Positions 13,253 to 25,360 are shown, numbered from the stretch's first letter. The stretch is DNA of 64,000 bases from a virus (IMGVR_UViG_3300013426_000016:139857-203856), one strand, 5' to 3'. A program made the numbers and translations. Notes: generated from the letters alone by a model not told the origin.

Positions 13253-13833
13253 TACTTTCTCTTCGTCTTATCTACAATATTAGTGGTATCGTTCTTATGA
13301 TTATTCATAATTTCTCTCCAGTTCTCAAGAAGCTCTTCTGGAGCCATTCTATTTCCCCACAAAAATCCTCTCAACCAATTTGGAGAAGTTCTGTTAGGAT
13401 CCCAGTAAGTATTTGTGTCAGAGCGAGTAGTGGTAGTATATCTAACACTTCCGTCTGGATAGGTCTGACGCTCTTCTACACTATACTTATATGGCTTAAC
13501 CATTAAAGTATCTCCTGGAGCTTTAATTATTTTATAAAACTTACTATAATCAATAGGGCCACCGTCTTGGAACTTTCTAAGACCATAAGCAAGTTTACCT
13601 CCCTCTCTAAACAATCCTGTCTGAGATTCAAAGGCCTTAAATAAACTCTGTACTACCTGATTTCCTTCCTCTGAAGAAGCGAGTTGGTTAAGTATATCCA
13701 CAACCGTTTCTGCATTCTGAGCTTCCATAATAGGCTTTACAATTTCCTCTGGGAGTTGATCTGCATAATTACCAATATTCTGAGGAAGCCAATTAATGAA
13801 ATCAGACATTACTTTTTCTTGATTTTCGTTCAT
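13252..13833 (-). CDS. Hypothetical protein with FREGGK/FQDGG motifs
   Basis: 193 aa; KFxxGG motifs like those in the virion-protein cluster. Confidence 0.65.
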   Translation of the reverse strand: MNENQEKVMSDFINWLPQNIGNYADQLPEEIVKPIMEAQNAETVVDILNQLASSEEGNQVVQSLFKAFESQTGLFREGGKLAYGLRKFQDGGPIDYSKFYKIIKAPGDTLMVKPYKYSVEERQTYPDGSVRYTTTTRSDTNTYWDPNRTSPNWLRGFLWGNRMAPEELLENWREIMNNHKNDTTNIVDKTKRK

Positions 13834-13834
13834 A

Positions 13835-14074
13835 CTATATTTTAATTAAATCCTTTGTAGAAAAAACAGCTTCTTGTAGTTCTGATTTAGTATTAAACCA
13901 TATGCACTTAATGCCTACAAGAGTGTTGTTAATATTTCCATCTTTATCTTTTATAGATCTTTCTACTTTTTCTTTTACTAGCATCATCTTAGGAGTATTA
14001 TCCAAAGGATGCTTTAGTGTAACATGATCCCCTGGGATAAAATACACCTTTTCTTCCATTTTTACTTCGTACAT
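13835..14074 (-). CDS. YodC/DUF2158-like small protein
   Basis: PGDHVTLK..PKM..KCIWF..LQEAVFSTKDL pattern. Confidence 0.6.
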   Translation of the reverse strand: MYEVKMEEKVYFIPGDHVTLKHPLDNTPKMMLVKEKVERSIKDKDGNINNTLVGIKCIWFNTKSELQEAVFSTKDLIKI

Positions 14075-14079
14075 ATAAA

Positions 14080-14475
14080 TTACATATTTTCATCCTTTAT
14101 AATACAAATGATGTTTTGTTCAGTAACAGCTCTATATCCCTTATTCCTATAAGGAAGAGGAGTGGCTATATGTTTTACAGCAAATACATCATCTCCAACT
14201 GAAACATTCTTACAAGCAGGACCTACAGCAATTACTTTCGCACAAGCGATATATTCTTCAGCATCCTCCATTTCTCCAGTTTCATTAGATTTATATTTCT
14301 TTTCTCCATTAATTCCTAAAATCAAACCAGCAGAGGTTTTCTCTATATAATTATATGGATTATCTTCGTAAAACTTTACAATTACATTTGTGTTACAAGG
14401 TACAATAACAGTGTTATTAGTTTTAATGTTTTTAGTGTTCTTCTCAAGAACTTTTTCTACTATTTCATTTACCAT
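14080..14475 (-). CDS. groES: GroES-like co-chaperonin
   Basis: VIVK..KTSAGLIL..KVIAVGPACKNVSVGDDV motifs. Confidence 0.75.
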   Translation of the reverse strand: MVNEIVEKVLEKNTKNIKTNNTVIVPCNTNVIVKFYEDNPYNYIEKTSAGLILGINGEKKYKSNETGEMEDAEEYIACAKVIAVGPACKNVSVGDDVFAVKHIATPLPYRNKGYRAVTEQNIICIIKDENM

Positions 14476-14672
14476 TTGTTCAATAAACATTTTTCTTTTT
14501 TGGATCTCACTTTAGCATCTATAAAGCAGCCACACATAGTACAAACATCCATATTAAAAACTTTTGTTTTATGTAAGCAAGCTTTACATTTAAGCAATCT
14601 ATCTCTTTCTTCACTTGTTAGTTTACAAAATATCTTTCTAAACCAACCTTCTAATATATTAAAAATTATCAT
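14469..14672 (-). CDS. Small Cys-rich Zn-binding protein
   Basis: CxxC..CxxCGC..KVR..C..KW pattern. Confidence 0.65.
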   Translation of the reverse strand: MIIFNILEGWFRKIFCKLTSEERDRLLKCKACLHKTKVFNMDVCTMCGCFIDAKVRSKKEKCLLNKW

Positions 14673-14890
14673 TTTCCGGCGACACAATGCCCTTTAGGAT
14701 TCTTAGCTTTTAAAGTAACAATACAATTGCAACCCTTTATATAACCTTTCTTTGGAAAATAACTCCATTCATCAGTATCTGGGTTTATATATCTTTGAGA
14801 GTTGCATCTCTCACCAAGAACATCTTTTTTATATAAAGGGCATTTATAACAAATATTCAGTCGCTTATTAGCTAAGTCTTCTATAGTCAT
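14666..14890 (-). CDS. Small Cys-rich protein, paralog of the neighbour; ends K-W(TGA)-stop
   Basis: RLNICYKC..GCNC..KAK..HCVAGK-TGA-TAA matches the paralog ending LNK-TGG-TAA. Confidence 0.7.
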
Positions 14891-16806
14891 TATTTTATAT
14901 AAGGTATATCCTTGTCTAATTCCATTTTCATCTTTAATTGCTTTTTATAATGCTTCAACATCTTTTCTACTTCATCCTTAAGATATGGAACATCTAATTC
15001 AGTTTCATTTTCATTCCTATCTATATGAATTATCTTCAATCCTTTAATTTCAAAATTAGGATTTATTTGTTGTAGCATATAAGCATATAAAGACAACTGA
15101 CAAGCATAATGATTAAAAGTACAGTCTTGCAGATTATTTAATGGATATTTCATCATCTGCCTGGATTTAGTAGCTCTATTGTAATAGGACTCTTTTTCTA
15201 TTTTAGCATTAGTATTATGAGTAGGAATTAAACCTCTTCCAGCTAAATAAGTGTGTGTAGGACTATCTACTTCTATACAACGAGTAGGAACTGTTTCTAC
15301 TTCTTTTACAGAAACAACTCTTCTATAATAATGCATATCTCGCTCCATGTCCGTAAACTTATCAGCTTTATCTTGAAATTTAACCAAGAAAGGATTTATT
15401 TCTAAGCTTCTCCATCGAATATAAGTTTTACCTTTTTTGGTAAAGAGCCCACATTTAACACCAAAGGAGGTGATTAATTCTGACAAATATTTAGTTTCAT
15501 TAGGGTTTTTAGGCACTATAACATAAGACTTATAAAAAGCTCACGATATTCCTCTAGCATCCATAATTCCTCTTAAAAGAGCTAAACGGTCTTCATAAGA
15601 AGCCATTAAATATTCTTGTGGTATGTGCTTATTATTTATTAGATTTAATTTATTTAGACGTGTTCCTAAACAAACAGAGCTTTTATAAATATGTGTACCT
15701 TTAGAAAAAGGAGCTATTTTAAAATTATATCCTTTCTTATCTAATTCCTCCATTATTTGCTTATCTCTCGCTGGGATAATACTACAATCCTCGAAACCAA
15801 TAGCTAACCATACTCCTAGCACATAAGGATCTATGAGTAACTTATTTTTAGGAAGATTAAGGGGGGCTGGATTATATATACGTATAGAATAATCAGGTTT
15901 TGTCTCTACTCAACTCTTTATTTGCTTTGTAGTCATTACTTTTTCTGGAAAGCAATCCTCTCTAAACCTATAAGCTACTAACCAACGATGCTCTTCATCT
16001 GCAATTAAAGTTTCTCCAGTATCAAAAGTAAGCTCATAACAAGGATTATAATGCACTTCAGAAACGTGAGTAATATTTACTGGATTTCCATCTCTATCAA
16101 AAACTTGGTCATCTAAAGTAAGAGTACCCATAGTTTTCCATCCATTCGTAGTTAAAATAGGAGTGTTTACATCGAGACCTTTTCAGTCTATAATATAAAT
16201 ATCATTCTCATCTTTAATTAAACAATCAATTTGCCCAGAAACTCTCAATAACCCATCTTTACTTGTAACAGAAACAAGAAATTCTGGGTATACACCTTTA
16301 GGAGTATCCAACTTAAAGTAATCTTCTTTACAATCAAACACTCCTTTTAAATCCTTAAATCCGTATCTTCCGAAATCAAAATCTTTTCGGTCATAAAAAG
16401 ATAATTCTTTCTTTAAATGCTGTGCTGTACCATGTTCACAAGCTTCTTCTCTTTTTGCCTTATATGAGTCTAGGATTTCCTGTTTCTTCTTAAAGAATTC
16501 TTCTTCATTCATGCCTAATTTAGAAATTATTTTATTATCAAATTTCTTTTTGGCTAAAAGAACTTTCTTAAGAGTTAACCAAGTGTCCATATCCAATAGA
16601 GCTTCGGCAGCCTTATAAGAAGACCAGAAATCTTCATCAAATTCTTCACAATACTTTCCAATTAACTGTGTAACTGAAATATAAGGTTTCATATCTGCTT
16701 TATTATAGTACTTATGTTCAGCATCATTAAAGAAGCACTCATCATTTTCCTTATCTACTTTTATTCCATTAATGTATTTATCTTCAATTATTTGTGATTT
16801 TGGCAT
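14890..16806 (-). CDS. PD-(D/E)xK exonuclease with intein (638 aa precursor, TGA=Trp)
   Basis: Four track ORFs in one frame; SVTQLI, SGQIDCL, IID-W-K|TN and HYACQLSLY motifs. Confidence 0.85.
15214..16179 (-). mobile_element. Class 3-type intein (Gly1) with degenerate LAGLIDADG domain, 322 aa
   Basis: Starts GLDVNTPILTTNGW; block B ADEEHRW; block F TRCIEVD; ends PTHN|T. Confidence 0.85.
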
Positions 16807-16818
16807 ATTTCATTAACA

Positions 16819-17055
16819 TTAGTCTATAAAAATAAACTCTAAATCTTCAGAGTTTATAAATTCTATTATTTTATTAAAAATCTCAGTTTTAGTTAAATCA
16901 CTATTATTATATATAGTATCGATAATTTTATCGAAGGATTCCTCATAAGCAGGATACTTGTTAAAATACCCTGCTACGGGATCATCGTAATTATAATTAA
17001 TTTCTTCTGAGATTCTCCAAAAAACTCCTTTATCGGGTATTTTTATTAAACTCAT
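16819..17055 (-). CDS. Small hypothetical protein, tandem paralog B
   Basis: First 17 aa (MSLIKIPDKGVFWRISE) identical to 17130-17363. Confidence 0.75.
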   Translation of the reverse strand: MSLIKIPDKGVFWRISEEINYNYDDPVAGYFNKYPAYEESFDKIIDTIYNNSDLTKTEIFNKIIEFINSEDLEFIFID

Positions 17056-17095
17056 TGTTTAAAATCTTTTAACTTATATGAAAAACAGTTTATTC

Positions 17096-17126
17096 TTATT
17101 CTTCTATTTCTCTGTTTTATAATTAA
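17096..17126. repeat. Direct-repeat copy of the 3' end of gene 18005-18421
   Basis: TTATTCTTCTATTTCTC(C)TGTTTTATAATTAA at 17096-17126 and 18005-18036, one indel. Confidence 0.85.
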
Positions 17127-17129
17127 CAT

Positions 17130-17363
17130 TTACATATATATTATTTCTAAATCTTTAGAAATAATTAATTCTATAATCTTATTGAAAATATCAGTTTTTG
17201 ATACGTTACTACTTTTATAAATATCATTTATAAGAGCATCTAAAGAATTTGCATAAGCAGGGTATCTATAAAAATATTGTTCTACAGGATCTTTTGCATT
17301 TAAACGTAATCTTTCTGAGATTCTCCAAAAGACACCTTTATCGGGTATTTTTATTAAACTCAT
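17130..17363 (-). CDS. Small hypothetical protein, tandem paralog A
   Basis: 77 aa; start overlaps the zincin 3' end. Confidence 0.75.
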   Translation of the reverse strand: MSLIKIPDKGVFWRISERLRLNAKDPVEQYFYRYPAYANSLDALINDIYKSSNVSKTDIFNKIIELIISKDLEIIYM

Positions 17364-18003
17364 TGTTTAAAATTGTACTTCCAAGTCCTATAACTGGTAT
17401 AGAAAAATATTTCCCAGTTATAGCATCTCATAATCTTTTATAATCTCTTTTAGTTACGAGTTTAGCTTCCTCTAATATACCAGAAAAAGGAGCTTCTTTA
17501 TATTTTTCAATGTCCTTTTTAAAAGTTTCATATCCCGGGTATTTTTGTCCAGGACTTAAACCCAAAATGTGTCCTAGAGTTGCAGAATTTGCAGCTGCTT
17601 CTCCAGGAAGATTTAAATATTCACTATCAGGAAACAAAGATTTTGCTTTTATTTTCTGTAATTTTTGTTGAGCTTCCCCGTATCTTGCATGATGTAGCAT
17701 CTCATGAAAAATTACAGGTTCCTGAATATTTTCATCTGCAAAAACAGATACAGTAATTTTTTGAGGCCACCTGCCTTGATATGCCCCATAAGTAGGAGGA
17801 GGTAAAAACTCAGAATCGAATAACACTGGAGTGTTCATTCATGCCTCATGTATTTCATTTGCAGGAACATCTATGTCGTTAAATAGTTTTTTTGATATTA
17901 AATCATTATTAATTGCAGTAGTTCTTACCGCATCAGACCGCAAATATTTAAAAGCTGCATTTATAGCCTTAGAGGTTGTGTTTTGGGGTACCAAAAAATT
18001 CAT
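17338..18003 (-). CDS. Zincin-like metallopeptidase, 221 aa with TGA=Trp
   Basis: FHEMLHH plus downstream GEAAAN; paralog of 25353-26177 (KYPG, KRx-W-DAITG). Confidence 0.75.
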
Positions 18004-18004
18004 A

Positions 18005-18421
18005 TTATTCTTCTATTTCTCCTGTTTTATAATTAATCTTCTTAAAGCCGAAAGGAGGTATTCTTGAAGCACAAGATAAAGTATCACATCTAAGCATTTG
18101 TGCCTGCGTAACATTTGCAGAAAGCTGTAATGCTTGTAGATTTAAATCAGCTATTTCTTTTCTTAATTGGGTTATTACAGCATCACGATCTTGTACTACA
18201 GAACGATAATACTCTATATCATGCTCGTGTTGGGCACTTAAACGCTCCCAATCATCTACAGTTCCCTGCGCCCGTTTTTCTATTTCTTGTTGCTTTGCTT
18301 TATTTTCAAGATCCTTAGATGCTTTAAAACTCTTTCTTGTATATAACCATTTAATAAGTTCCAGAAAACCACCTCCGAGCAAAACTCCTCCAACGACTTC
18401 TATAATGGATATTAATTCCAT
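18005..18421 (-). CDS. TM plus coiled-coil protein (holin/spanin-like)
   Basis: N-terminal hydrophobic helix, coiled coil, RCDTLSCASRIPP tail. Confidence 0.55.
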   Translation of the reverse strand: MELISIIEVVGGVLLGGGFLELIKWLYTRKSFKASKDLENKAKQQEIEKRAQGTVDDWERLSAQHEHDIEYYRSVVQDRDAVITQLRKEIADLNLQALQLSANVTQAQMLRCDTLSCASRIPPFGFKKINYKTGEIEE

Positions 18422-18474
18422 AATTATTAGTTATTAAGTTCATATTATATACTTATTTGTTCGGTATTTTTGTT

Positions 18475-18550
18475 TTCCTACAAAAATACTGTTTTATTTC
18501 CAAATAAACAAATAAAAACTTGATTTAGAATTTAAAATTAATTAATTTTG
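18475..18550. promoter_or_regulatory. Divergent Bacteroidota-type -7 promoters
   Basis: TAnnTTTG on both strands (TATTTTTG minus, TAATTTTG plus) between divergent genes. Confidence 0.5.
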
Positions 18551-18568
18551 TAGAAATTACACATTAAT

Positions 18569-20611
18569 ATGCCAGATAAATATAAAGTAAAATTAAACGA
18601 GTTACCTAATAAAAATATTTTAGGTACTCCGTGAACTACTGATGATAATGGGTATAATTGGTATGAAGCATCTAGAGAAAATGTTCCCACACAAAACGGG
18701 GAGCATGCTTCATCACGAAATCCATATACAGGTAGAATTTTAAAATCTGTTCAGCATCCAACCTTTAATAAAACAGTAATAGGAGAAAAGATAGCTGGAT
18801 ATGATTTTTATACAGATAGAGACAATAATCTATACTCCTTTAATGAAAATCCGGGAGAAGATTATACTCCTATAAATATAGATATAGATGAAAACGAGAT
18901 TAAAAATAGGCAAGCTTTTATGGAAAGTCGATTAAATCCTAATGCAGAATCTTACAGAGGAGCGAGAGGTTTATTTCAAATAATACCAAGAACACAAAAA
19001 GCTTACGAGAAAGAAAATAAAGTAACAGTAAATCCATTTAATCCAGAACACAGTACACAAATGCGAGACTGGTTATGGAAGAAGTTGGATACTACTAAAA
19101 CTACTCAAGGTAATAAAGACTTTGTTGTATTAGCTAAGAAATTAGCAGCATATAATTATGGGCAAGGTAATCTTGGTAAAGCTTTAGAAAAAGCTAAAAC
19201 GGAAGGCATAGATATTTATAATACAATAGATTTTCTTCCTTACTTGCCTAAAGAAACACAAAACTATGTAAAATTTATTCTTATGAATGAAGATGCTGGT
19301 AAAACATATAATAAAGATTATGACAAGGCCATAGGAAAATACCAATCTCCTTCTGGCCCCCTACCTTTTAAATGGAAAAATATAACTATTCCAGAAACTC
19401 CTTCTGTAAATTTTACTCCTACAGATCCTTATACAATAGCAGACGAATCTTTACCTGCTTATAGAGAACTGCAAACACTTAATGAAAGAATGAAGAAAGG
19501 AGAAATAACTCCAAGTGTATATGATTATAAATATAATAATTTAATTAAGCAAATACATACTTTAGGAGATGAAAATCCTTCTCTTTATAAAACCTATTTT
19601 CAGCATCAATCAAATCAAGCTTTAAATCAAATAAGTGAAACAGTAAGTCCTTATAAAAAGGCTGTAGCAGCTAAATCCATGCCTGAAATAGGACCGTTAA
19701 CAGAAGATCAGAGAGAATATCAAGCAGAACAAGAAAGGCTTTTAAATGCCCGTAAAAATGGTGTTGCTGATATATATAATAATCAATATAACTCAAACTT
19801 AAGTTATGAAGACTGGGAAAAGGTTATAAATTTCTATAATTCTCCTTACAAGCATGTAAACATAGGAGCACCTATGATGGGAGCAAATACTGTTCTTTTT
19901 GCAAATACACAAAAAACTGTAGACAGGCACTCTGATCAAAGATATGCAGAATTAAATGAGAAATATCCAGAAGTAATTTCTAATATAGAAAATGAAATTA
20001 CAGAAAATGATAGTAAACAATCTCTTGTTTATGATGGTATACCTGCATTACTCGGTACTTTAGCTGCTGGAGCACCATTACTCTCTTCTGCTTTAAATAT
20101 TGCTGGAATGAAAATAGCTACTGCAATACCAAATACTTTTGGTAGAGTTCTTGGAACTGCTGTTGCTAATCCGATAAATACTTCTTTTATAGGCTTAAAT
20201 ACATATAGTGCGGGAAAGAACTTTTCTCAAGGTAATATAGGTAATGGATTAATAGATACTGCTTTTGCAGCCATGGGCCCTATAAGTAGAGCGGGACAGA
20301 TATTAAAAACTCCTTCAGTAGCACTTAAAGCAAGACCTTTATCAAATGCACTTAAAGGAACTTCTCCGGTAGGTAAAGTATATAATACGCCTCTTGGTAA
20401 ATTAGGAGTATCTCCTTATGTAAATGCTTGGCAACCCAATGCCTTAGGAAAAGTAACTGGATACGCTATGCAACATCCTATGCAAGCTTATGGGCTTGGT
20501 ATGATAGGAAAGGGTTTAACAGATCAAAATCAAACTCCTGTAGAAAAATGAACTAATATAGGTTTAGGAACTGCTTTTTCTGCTGGATTACTTAAAAACT
20601 TAAAACGTTAA
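18569..20611 (+). CDS. Virion protein with lytic transglycosylase (SLT) domain, 680 aa with TGA=Trp
   Basis: ATG 18569 in frame with 18920; ES..NPNAES..GARGLFQ..LAAYNYG..ETQNYV. Confidence 0.8.
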
Positions 20612-21762
20612 TGCCGATTTCAAAATATATACAAACAGCTGGAGCTAAAGTACTTACACAAGTACCAAAGAAAGTTAGTCCTACTGGAGCTTATGTGTTG
20701 TTTCAAAGGCCATCTTTACTAACAGAGGCAGAACGCTTGGGAATTCCTAAAGGAGAGAGAAGTTTTACTAAAAAGCCTTTTACTTATGGAGAAGATTTTA
20801 CAAGAAGGATGTTGAGTGAATGAAACGAAACTCCTCGTTTAGAACAGCCGTCATTAAAAGAAGTCTTAGCAGAATCTAACTCTACTGTCAGAGATAGAAT
20901 GCTTGCCGCAAGAGAAATTTGGCAGCATGACCAAACTGCTCCTATGAAAAACCAAGTAGGCCGACTTAAAAGAAGGGCTGATATAGAAACTTTTAATACT
21001 AATTTAAAAGAATTTGCAGAATCATTATCTTCAAGTAATCCGAAATTTCAAACTATAAATATTGATGAAAATACTATACAAAGGAATCCTTACATAAAAT
21101 ATTATAGACAATATTTATTAAATACAGGATATGATGCTGCTGATGTTTCTGATGAACAGTTAGCAAAAGTATTAACTTATATGGACCAACATCAACGTGC
21201 AGGAATGACGGGCGCTTTAAAAGAAACACCTCCTTTATGGCATGGAAGTCGTACAATGTTTGACGAATTTGATTATTCAAAAATAGGAAGCAACACTGGA
21301 AACACAGGTACTGTTGGACCAGGAAATTATTTTTCTACTTATGGTGCTTTATATGGATTTGATAAAAGCTTGGGACGAGCTGTTAATTTACAGCCTTATT
21401 ATATAACAGACATAGATAGTATGCCAAACGGTCTTATGATGCAAGCTAAAGGTATTTTACCAAGTGTTCTTTCAGAAAAACAAATAGAAATATATCCAGA
21501 AGTATACCAAAAAATAATAAACACAAATATTCCTGGACAAAATACAACTTTATTTTTAGATCCCTCTGAAAGAGTGCCTGGTATTTTTAATACAGTTAAA
21601 GCTGGGGCAATGTTAAGAAGAAACACAGGAATAAAATCTTTATTTCCCGACCCAAGTCGTTTTATTAGAGGTGCTTCTGGAAAAGTAGAATTACTTCCTA
21701 CTGATTGAAAGGATGGTAGAATTAATTTTAAACAAGGTGGTAAATTAAAATATATTAAATAA
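20611..21762 (+). CDS. Virion protein with ADP-ribosyltransferase-like (polyvalent-protein ART) motif, 383 aa
   Basis: Two track ORFs in frame through TGA; LWHGS..FDEFD..G.GNYFS; C-terminal FKQGGKL. Confidence 0.6.
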
Positions 21763-21766
21763 CAAT

Positions 21767-23695
21767 ATGCCGATACAATTAAAAACAATAAAACTTACTC
21801 CTCAAAGTATAGAAAATTATACTAAAAATATGATGAGGAGCCATCCGGAACTTTCAAGTTTTATATCCGGAAAAGCAGAAGATTTTGCAAACCAATATGT
21901 TTTTGGGGCTGGAGATGAAAATTTAGGCTATCTTATAGGCGCTCCTATAGCACAAGGTAGAGGAATAATGCCTACTCATAATTTAACAAATGGTCTTAGA
22001 AGTACGCTAAGCCTAGTTAATGAATTAGGAGAATCAACAAACCCTACTGTTTTTGCAGTTACTCCAAATATTGGAGATATGCTTGGAAGATCCAATTTTA
22101 TAAAAGCGGGTACTGTCATGCAACCCTTTATGGGGCAGAATGTTACTAAGGATGTTATGATAAGTCCTAATACTGCTTTAGAAGATATTCCTTATTCTCT
22201 TAGATTATCTGGCTCTTTTAACGGAGTTAAACCAACTATAAAAATAGGAACCAAACATTATTTTCAACAGCCACAGTCTGTGTATATAGGACAAGGAGAA
22301 TACGTTTCTCCAGAAGAGATTATGAGAGACACCTCTTTAGAAAATATAACACGTAACAGAGAATATTTAAAAAATGTTAATGCTTATTTTAAAAGATATG
22401 GGTATGTACCACTTAATTTAGACTTAGCAAATTATGGAGATAGAATTGTAGAAAATGCTGTAAAAGACAGAATTACACAGCATAATTCTTTTCTTAGAGG
22501 GGTGAATGATCCTAATCCAACAGTGGGGGATGGCGCAGTGGCTAAGGCAATTAATGCATTTCGTATTAGCCGAGGATTACCCGCACGTGAAGGTCCGACT
22601 TCTCCTCATATCGATTATAATCCGGAAGAATTAGTTACTAAATATTTAGATTTTAATACTACTAAAGGTGGAAGAGCAGATATTGATGTAAAAGATGACC
22701 AAGGGACTTATTATGTATCCACTAAACCTTCTTGAAATTTGGGAGAAACATTTGTCGTAAGAAGACCTGTTACTTTTTCTGAAAATAGAGATAATTGGAT
22801 TAAGGAAAATGATGAGCCTTTAAATCCTACTACTAAAATTCATACTGCTTTAGAATATAAAAACTTAACTGGAGAAGAGGCACCTGTTATTAAATCCGAA
22901 GGAAAAGGTTCTTTTGCACATTTTTCTGAGAGAAATGACACCCTTGCTAAAATGGGTCCTATATTACAAAAAGCAATAGCAGATGCTCATCCTTTTACTG
23001 GAGAAGGCCCTAATCCATGAATGTTGCCTGGAGACTATAGTAAACCTACTTATGCCTTACGATTATGGAATTTTATGAACGATAATATAATGAGTTTACC
23101 TTCTCCAAAGTTCATAGTGGACCCTAACACCCCTTTTAATCTATCCTCTGGACCTCTAGGAGGAAAATTCGCAGCAGCATGACAAAATCCAAAGTTTTTT
23201 ACTAAACTATTATTTCAATCTAAGCTTCCAGATTTATCTTATGCTGCATATAAAGTACAATATCCTAAGACCCTCTTCCATATAGATAAAGATGCTGTAT
23301 CTACTGCATTTAAAAATGCTGGAGTTATAAATGTTAGAGGAACCTACGGACCTATATTTGTAGGAGAATCGGGAACTCCTGCTGCTGAAGTGCAATATTT
23401 ATGGCCTACTCAGGCTGCTACGAGAGTAATCGATAATAAATTTGGTTCCGAAGATGTAGGTATTTCTAGAAAAAAGGAAGGAGGAATTTTAAAACGAGTG
23501 GAAGTAGGTAAATCCGGAATACATATAAAGAAGAAGAACGAAGGAAAATTTACAGATAGTGCAAAGAAAGCCGGAATGGGAGTACAAGAATATGCACATA
23601 AAGTAATGAATGACCCAGATGCCTCTCCTCTACAAAAGAAGAGAGCTAATTTTGCAATACAAGCTAAAAAATGAAAAAATAATAGATGTAACTAA
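21767..23695 (+). CDS. Virion protein with C-terminal IHIK..GKFT..KRANFA..KW domain, TGA=Trp
   Basis: Three track ORFs in one frame through TGAs; C-terminal domain I recognise from crAss-like phages. Confidence 0.75.
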
Positions 23696-24521
23696 ATTAT
23701 CTTACTGGCCTAGAATGCAACAGTTCTTCGCTCAAGATGCATTAAAAAGAACTCAACAAAGTTTAACAAGATTAAATCTTCCAGAAAATATAGCATCTAA
23801 AGTAGAAAATGATTATAAAACTCCTTTAGTAGGATTAACTGTATATGAAGTAGATAACCCCAATTTTAGAGGATATGCTCAACCAGCTCCTGTAGATTTA
23901 TATCCAGGATTAAACTTAGTAATTCCTACAGACTTACCTTATATAGAATTAAGTAATGGTTGGAATGATACTACTTTAGCCCACGAACTTCATCATATAA
24001 CAAGATATGATTTAGCGAACAACTTATATGGCTATAACAATTCGGTTCCTGCAAATAGAGGTTTAACTCCTAAAAGAGAATATGTAAGTGTGGTAGAAAA
24101 GCCTATGTATACTCAAGAAGAAAGAAATACTATGGCTCCTTTAGAATGGGATACAAAGCAAATAAAAGGAAGTCTTGATCCAGAAGCTGAAATTGCAGCT
24201 ACCGCAACTGCTTGAAGATGAGATTTATATAATAAGTTCTGGGAAGATAATGGGAGGGCTCCTACAATAGAAGAGTTAAATACTTTAATAGATGAATCTC
24301 CTATAGACTGGAAATCTCTATCCTATTCTAAACAAATCGGATCTAGAATACAAAAAAGAACAAATAGAGACTTTTTAGCTTCTTCTGGAATACCAAGTGC
24401 AACTTTTAGAGAAAAAGGATTAAAGAAACTTATTCCAGCATTTAAAGAAGTTGCTAAAGTAGTTGGTGCTATGGGAGCCGTAGGATTAATACCAAAGAAA
24501 AATGATAATACTACTAGATAA
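23671..24521 (+). CDS. Zincin-like metallopeptidase, TGA=Trp; start uncertain
   Basis: AHELHH plus PEAE; continues through two TGAs to TAA 24521; ATG 23671 needs one more A in an A-tract, otherwise ATG 23715. Confidence 0.65.
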
Positions 24522-25104
24522 TGGTCATGCAAAGAGTACTAAAGGAAAAAGAAGTCCAGATAGCTCTTTCTTTGAATACGAATTTAATAGAGATATAGTT
24601 AAACGTATTTCAGAAGGTTTGACAAAGAATAAAATAGATTTTCATATAATAACTCCAGAACTAGAACTTGATGTACCATTAAGTGAAAGAGCAAAGAGAG
24701 TTAATAATTACTGTAGCATATATGGTGCTGGAAATTGTTTACTTATTTCAGTACATGCAAATGCAGCGGGTAATGGTAGTCAGTGGATGACAGGTAAAGG
24801 ATGAAGCGTATATACAACTAAAGGACAAACAAATAGTGATAAATACGCTACTCTCATATATAAAGAGGCTGAGAAAATAATACCTAAGTTAGGAAGTAAA
24901 ATGCGAGCTGATTATAGTGATGGAGATCCAGATTGGGAAGAAAACTTTACACTGCTTTATAAGGCTAAATGCCCCGCTATACTTACAGAAAATTTATTTT
25001 ATGATAATAGATCAGATTTAAAAATACTACAAAGCGAAGCTGGTAGACAAGCTATAGCTGATATACATATTAATTTTATTAAACAAATAAACCCAGACCA
25101 ATAG
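24502..25104 (+). CDS. N-acetylmuramoyl-L-alanine amidase (Amidase_3) endolysin, 200 aa
   Basis: LDNGH, E, ISVHANA, G-W(TGA)-SVYT, PAILTENLF. Confidence 0.9.
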
Positions 25105-25122
25105 GCCTGGGTTTTCTTTTTT
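25089..25122. terminator. Bidirectional terminator
   Basis: AAACCCAG...CTGGGTTT plus T-tract between convergent genes. Confidence 0.65.
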
Positions 25123-25360
25123 AAATATTTGTTATTTCTTTTAATGAAATTTTATCCTTATTTTTAAAAAAGGTTACAAGTCCTCGTTCTTCTAAAGAAG
25201 CGAGAAATTCTAAATCTTTTTTATCTTTTATTATTTGTAATGGATCTGAAAAAGAATGAGGATAAATACCACTCATAAAAGTAAGAAGGGGGTCATTAAA
25301 AATAAGCAAATAATCTTCTGCTGTTTTAGGTGTAAATTTATAAAAAATAGAATTATTCAT
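25121..25360 (-). CDS. Small hypothetical protein coupled to the zincin
   Basis: 79 aa; ATG overlaps the zincin stop. Confidence 0.65.
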   Translation of the reverse strand: MNNSIFYKFTPKTAEDYLLIFNDPLLTFMSGIYPHSFSDPLQIIKDKKDLEFLASLEERGLVTFFKNKDKISLKEITNI

